Assembly: GCA_039803205.1 (NCBI GenBank) | Contig: JBDRYB010000026.1 | Span: forward strand, 1-26,709 | From: a candidate division WOR-3 bacterium | GTDB lineage: Bacteria; Hydrothermota; Hydrothermia; JBDRYB01 | Length of the DNA: 26,709 bases | Direction of reading: 5' to 3' | Part shown: piece after piece, positions 26,000-26,709 of the stretch | How positions within the stretch are numbered: position 1 is the stretch's first letter | Layout: each line of letters begins with the position of its first letter | Program-made: the position numbers and the translations under genes | The notes under the pieces: generated by a model | Databases searched by the model: none | What the model was told of the DNA's origin: nothing | The model's input: only the letters and a program-made list of their open reading frames with translations

Positions 26000-26485
26000 T
26001 TACCTTACCACGACCTTCTCGGTCAAGGCCTTTGTCCGGGTTTCTATTTTCAAGAAGCAGGTTCCGGAGGAGAAGGAATTAACCGGAATGGCGAGATCAT
26101 AGTAGCCAGCTTCCTTTTTCTCAGAGAACACCGTTTGAACTGTTCGGCCAGAGACATCATAAACCTTCAGGGAGACGAGGCCTTCGTCTTCAAGGGGGAT
26201 GCCGTATTTGATTTTGAGATCCTCCTTCACAGGATTGCTTGAGGCCAGGCTCATAATGATGTAGCTCGGGTTCCATGTTGGCAGTTGGGGATGGCCTGGG
26301 ATGGAGATATGACCCATTTTATCCAGTTTTGGGGCTATGACATCTTATCCGTACTGGTTTCCGAACGAGAAGTCAGAGGTCTTTAGGCTGAGGTTCACGA
26401 TGAGGGTGTCCTGGGCCATGAGCTCAGGAGCCAGGAGTCCGAAGGCCACGCATGTGGCCCATACCAACCATCTTCTCTCTCTCAT
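26000..26485 (-). pseudogene. Collapsed T9SS-cargo pseudogene: signal peptide, C25 (gingipain) propeptide-like fragment and C-terminal domain, with an in-frame TAA
   Basis: RBS AGGAGG and ATG 26485 are in frame with stop 26000: MRERRWLVWATCVAFGLLAPELMAQDTLIV...NQYG*DVIAP...PGHPQLP, then directly the CTD. TAA at 26345-26347. Confidence 0.65.
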
Positions 26486-26589
26486 TACTCACCTCCTGTG
26501 AGGGTTTTACGCGGAACAAATTTTACGGCTTTTGTCAAGGCGCGCGCAAGTGGTCCCTGTTTTTCAATCTCGTGGTTGATCCGGTTCAG

Positions 26590-26709
26590 TCCGGTTTTCC
26601 GGGCACAGCTGGCTCGGATTCGGCCTTTGGATTAGAATATGGGCCACCTCCTCTGAGAGGTATGGAAAAAAATGGAAAGATGAAAGGAGATGGCCCATGA
26701 ACATCACGA
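26590..26709 (+). mobile_element. Probable start of an IS related to the 4235-4493 remnant; ORF begins at ATG 26697 and runs off the edge
   Basis: 46/52 nt match to the reverse complement of 4442-4493, ending in a TAGAAT -10-like box; AAAGGAG RBS before ATGAACATCACG. Confidence 0.45.

Noticed and set aside
26345..26347. Stop-codon recoding in the 26000-26485 frame
   Set aside because: The codon is TAA, used as a normal stop by neighbouring genes; a nonsense mutation from a Tyr codon is simpler
26452..26700. 82-aa plus-strand ORF
   Set aside because: Overlaps the pseudogene start and the IS-like repeat; no motifs
1..26709. CRISPR arrays, tRNA or rRNA genes, and the remaining short antisense or nested ORFs
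   Set aside because: No regularly spaced repeats or recognisable structural RNA seen by eye; the short ORFs are shadows of well-supported genes

Overview
Bacterial window with a diderm signature (GT9 heptosyltransferase, beta-barrels, a PorV-family protein, seven genes with type IX secretion (T9SS)-like C-terminal sorting domains). An FCB-associated lineage such as WOR-3 is likely, but this is inference. Left to right: (1) an IS4-like element end; (2) a five-gene operon encoding Roadblock/LC7, a V4R-like protein, group 3 (Mvh-like) [NiFe]-hydrogenase small and large subunits and a 2x[4Fe-4S] ferredoxin, with no mvhD, hdr, diaphorase or maturation genes in the window; (3) nested IS debris; (4) methylcitrate genes prpBCD, divergent from the GT9 gene across a perfect 30-bp palindrome; (5) a five-gene heme operon (Reeler-like T9SS cargo, 7-8-heme lipoprotein, diheme protein, Cyc2-like heme-porin, YceI); (6) T9SS-cargo genes including a head-to-tail ~1.77-kb tandem duplication with mosaic divergence; (7) TlpA, a P-loop-degenerate YchF paralog and a PorV-TonB fusion; (8) an array of T9SS-cargo paralogs separated by homologous hairpin spacers, ending in a pseudogene. 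Remnants of several IS families sit at many module boundaries. The best candidates for undescribed systems are the Roadblock/V4R-linked hydrogenase and the porin-cytochrome-T9SS heme operon. All family assignments come from motif recognition by eye, not database searches.
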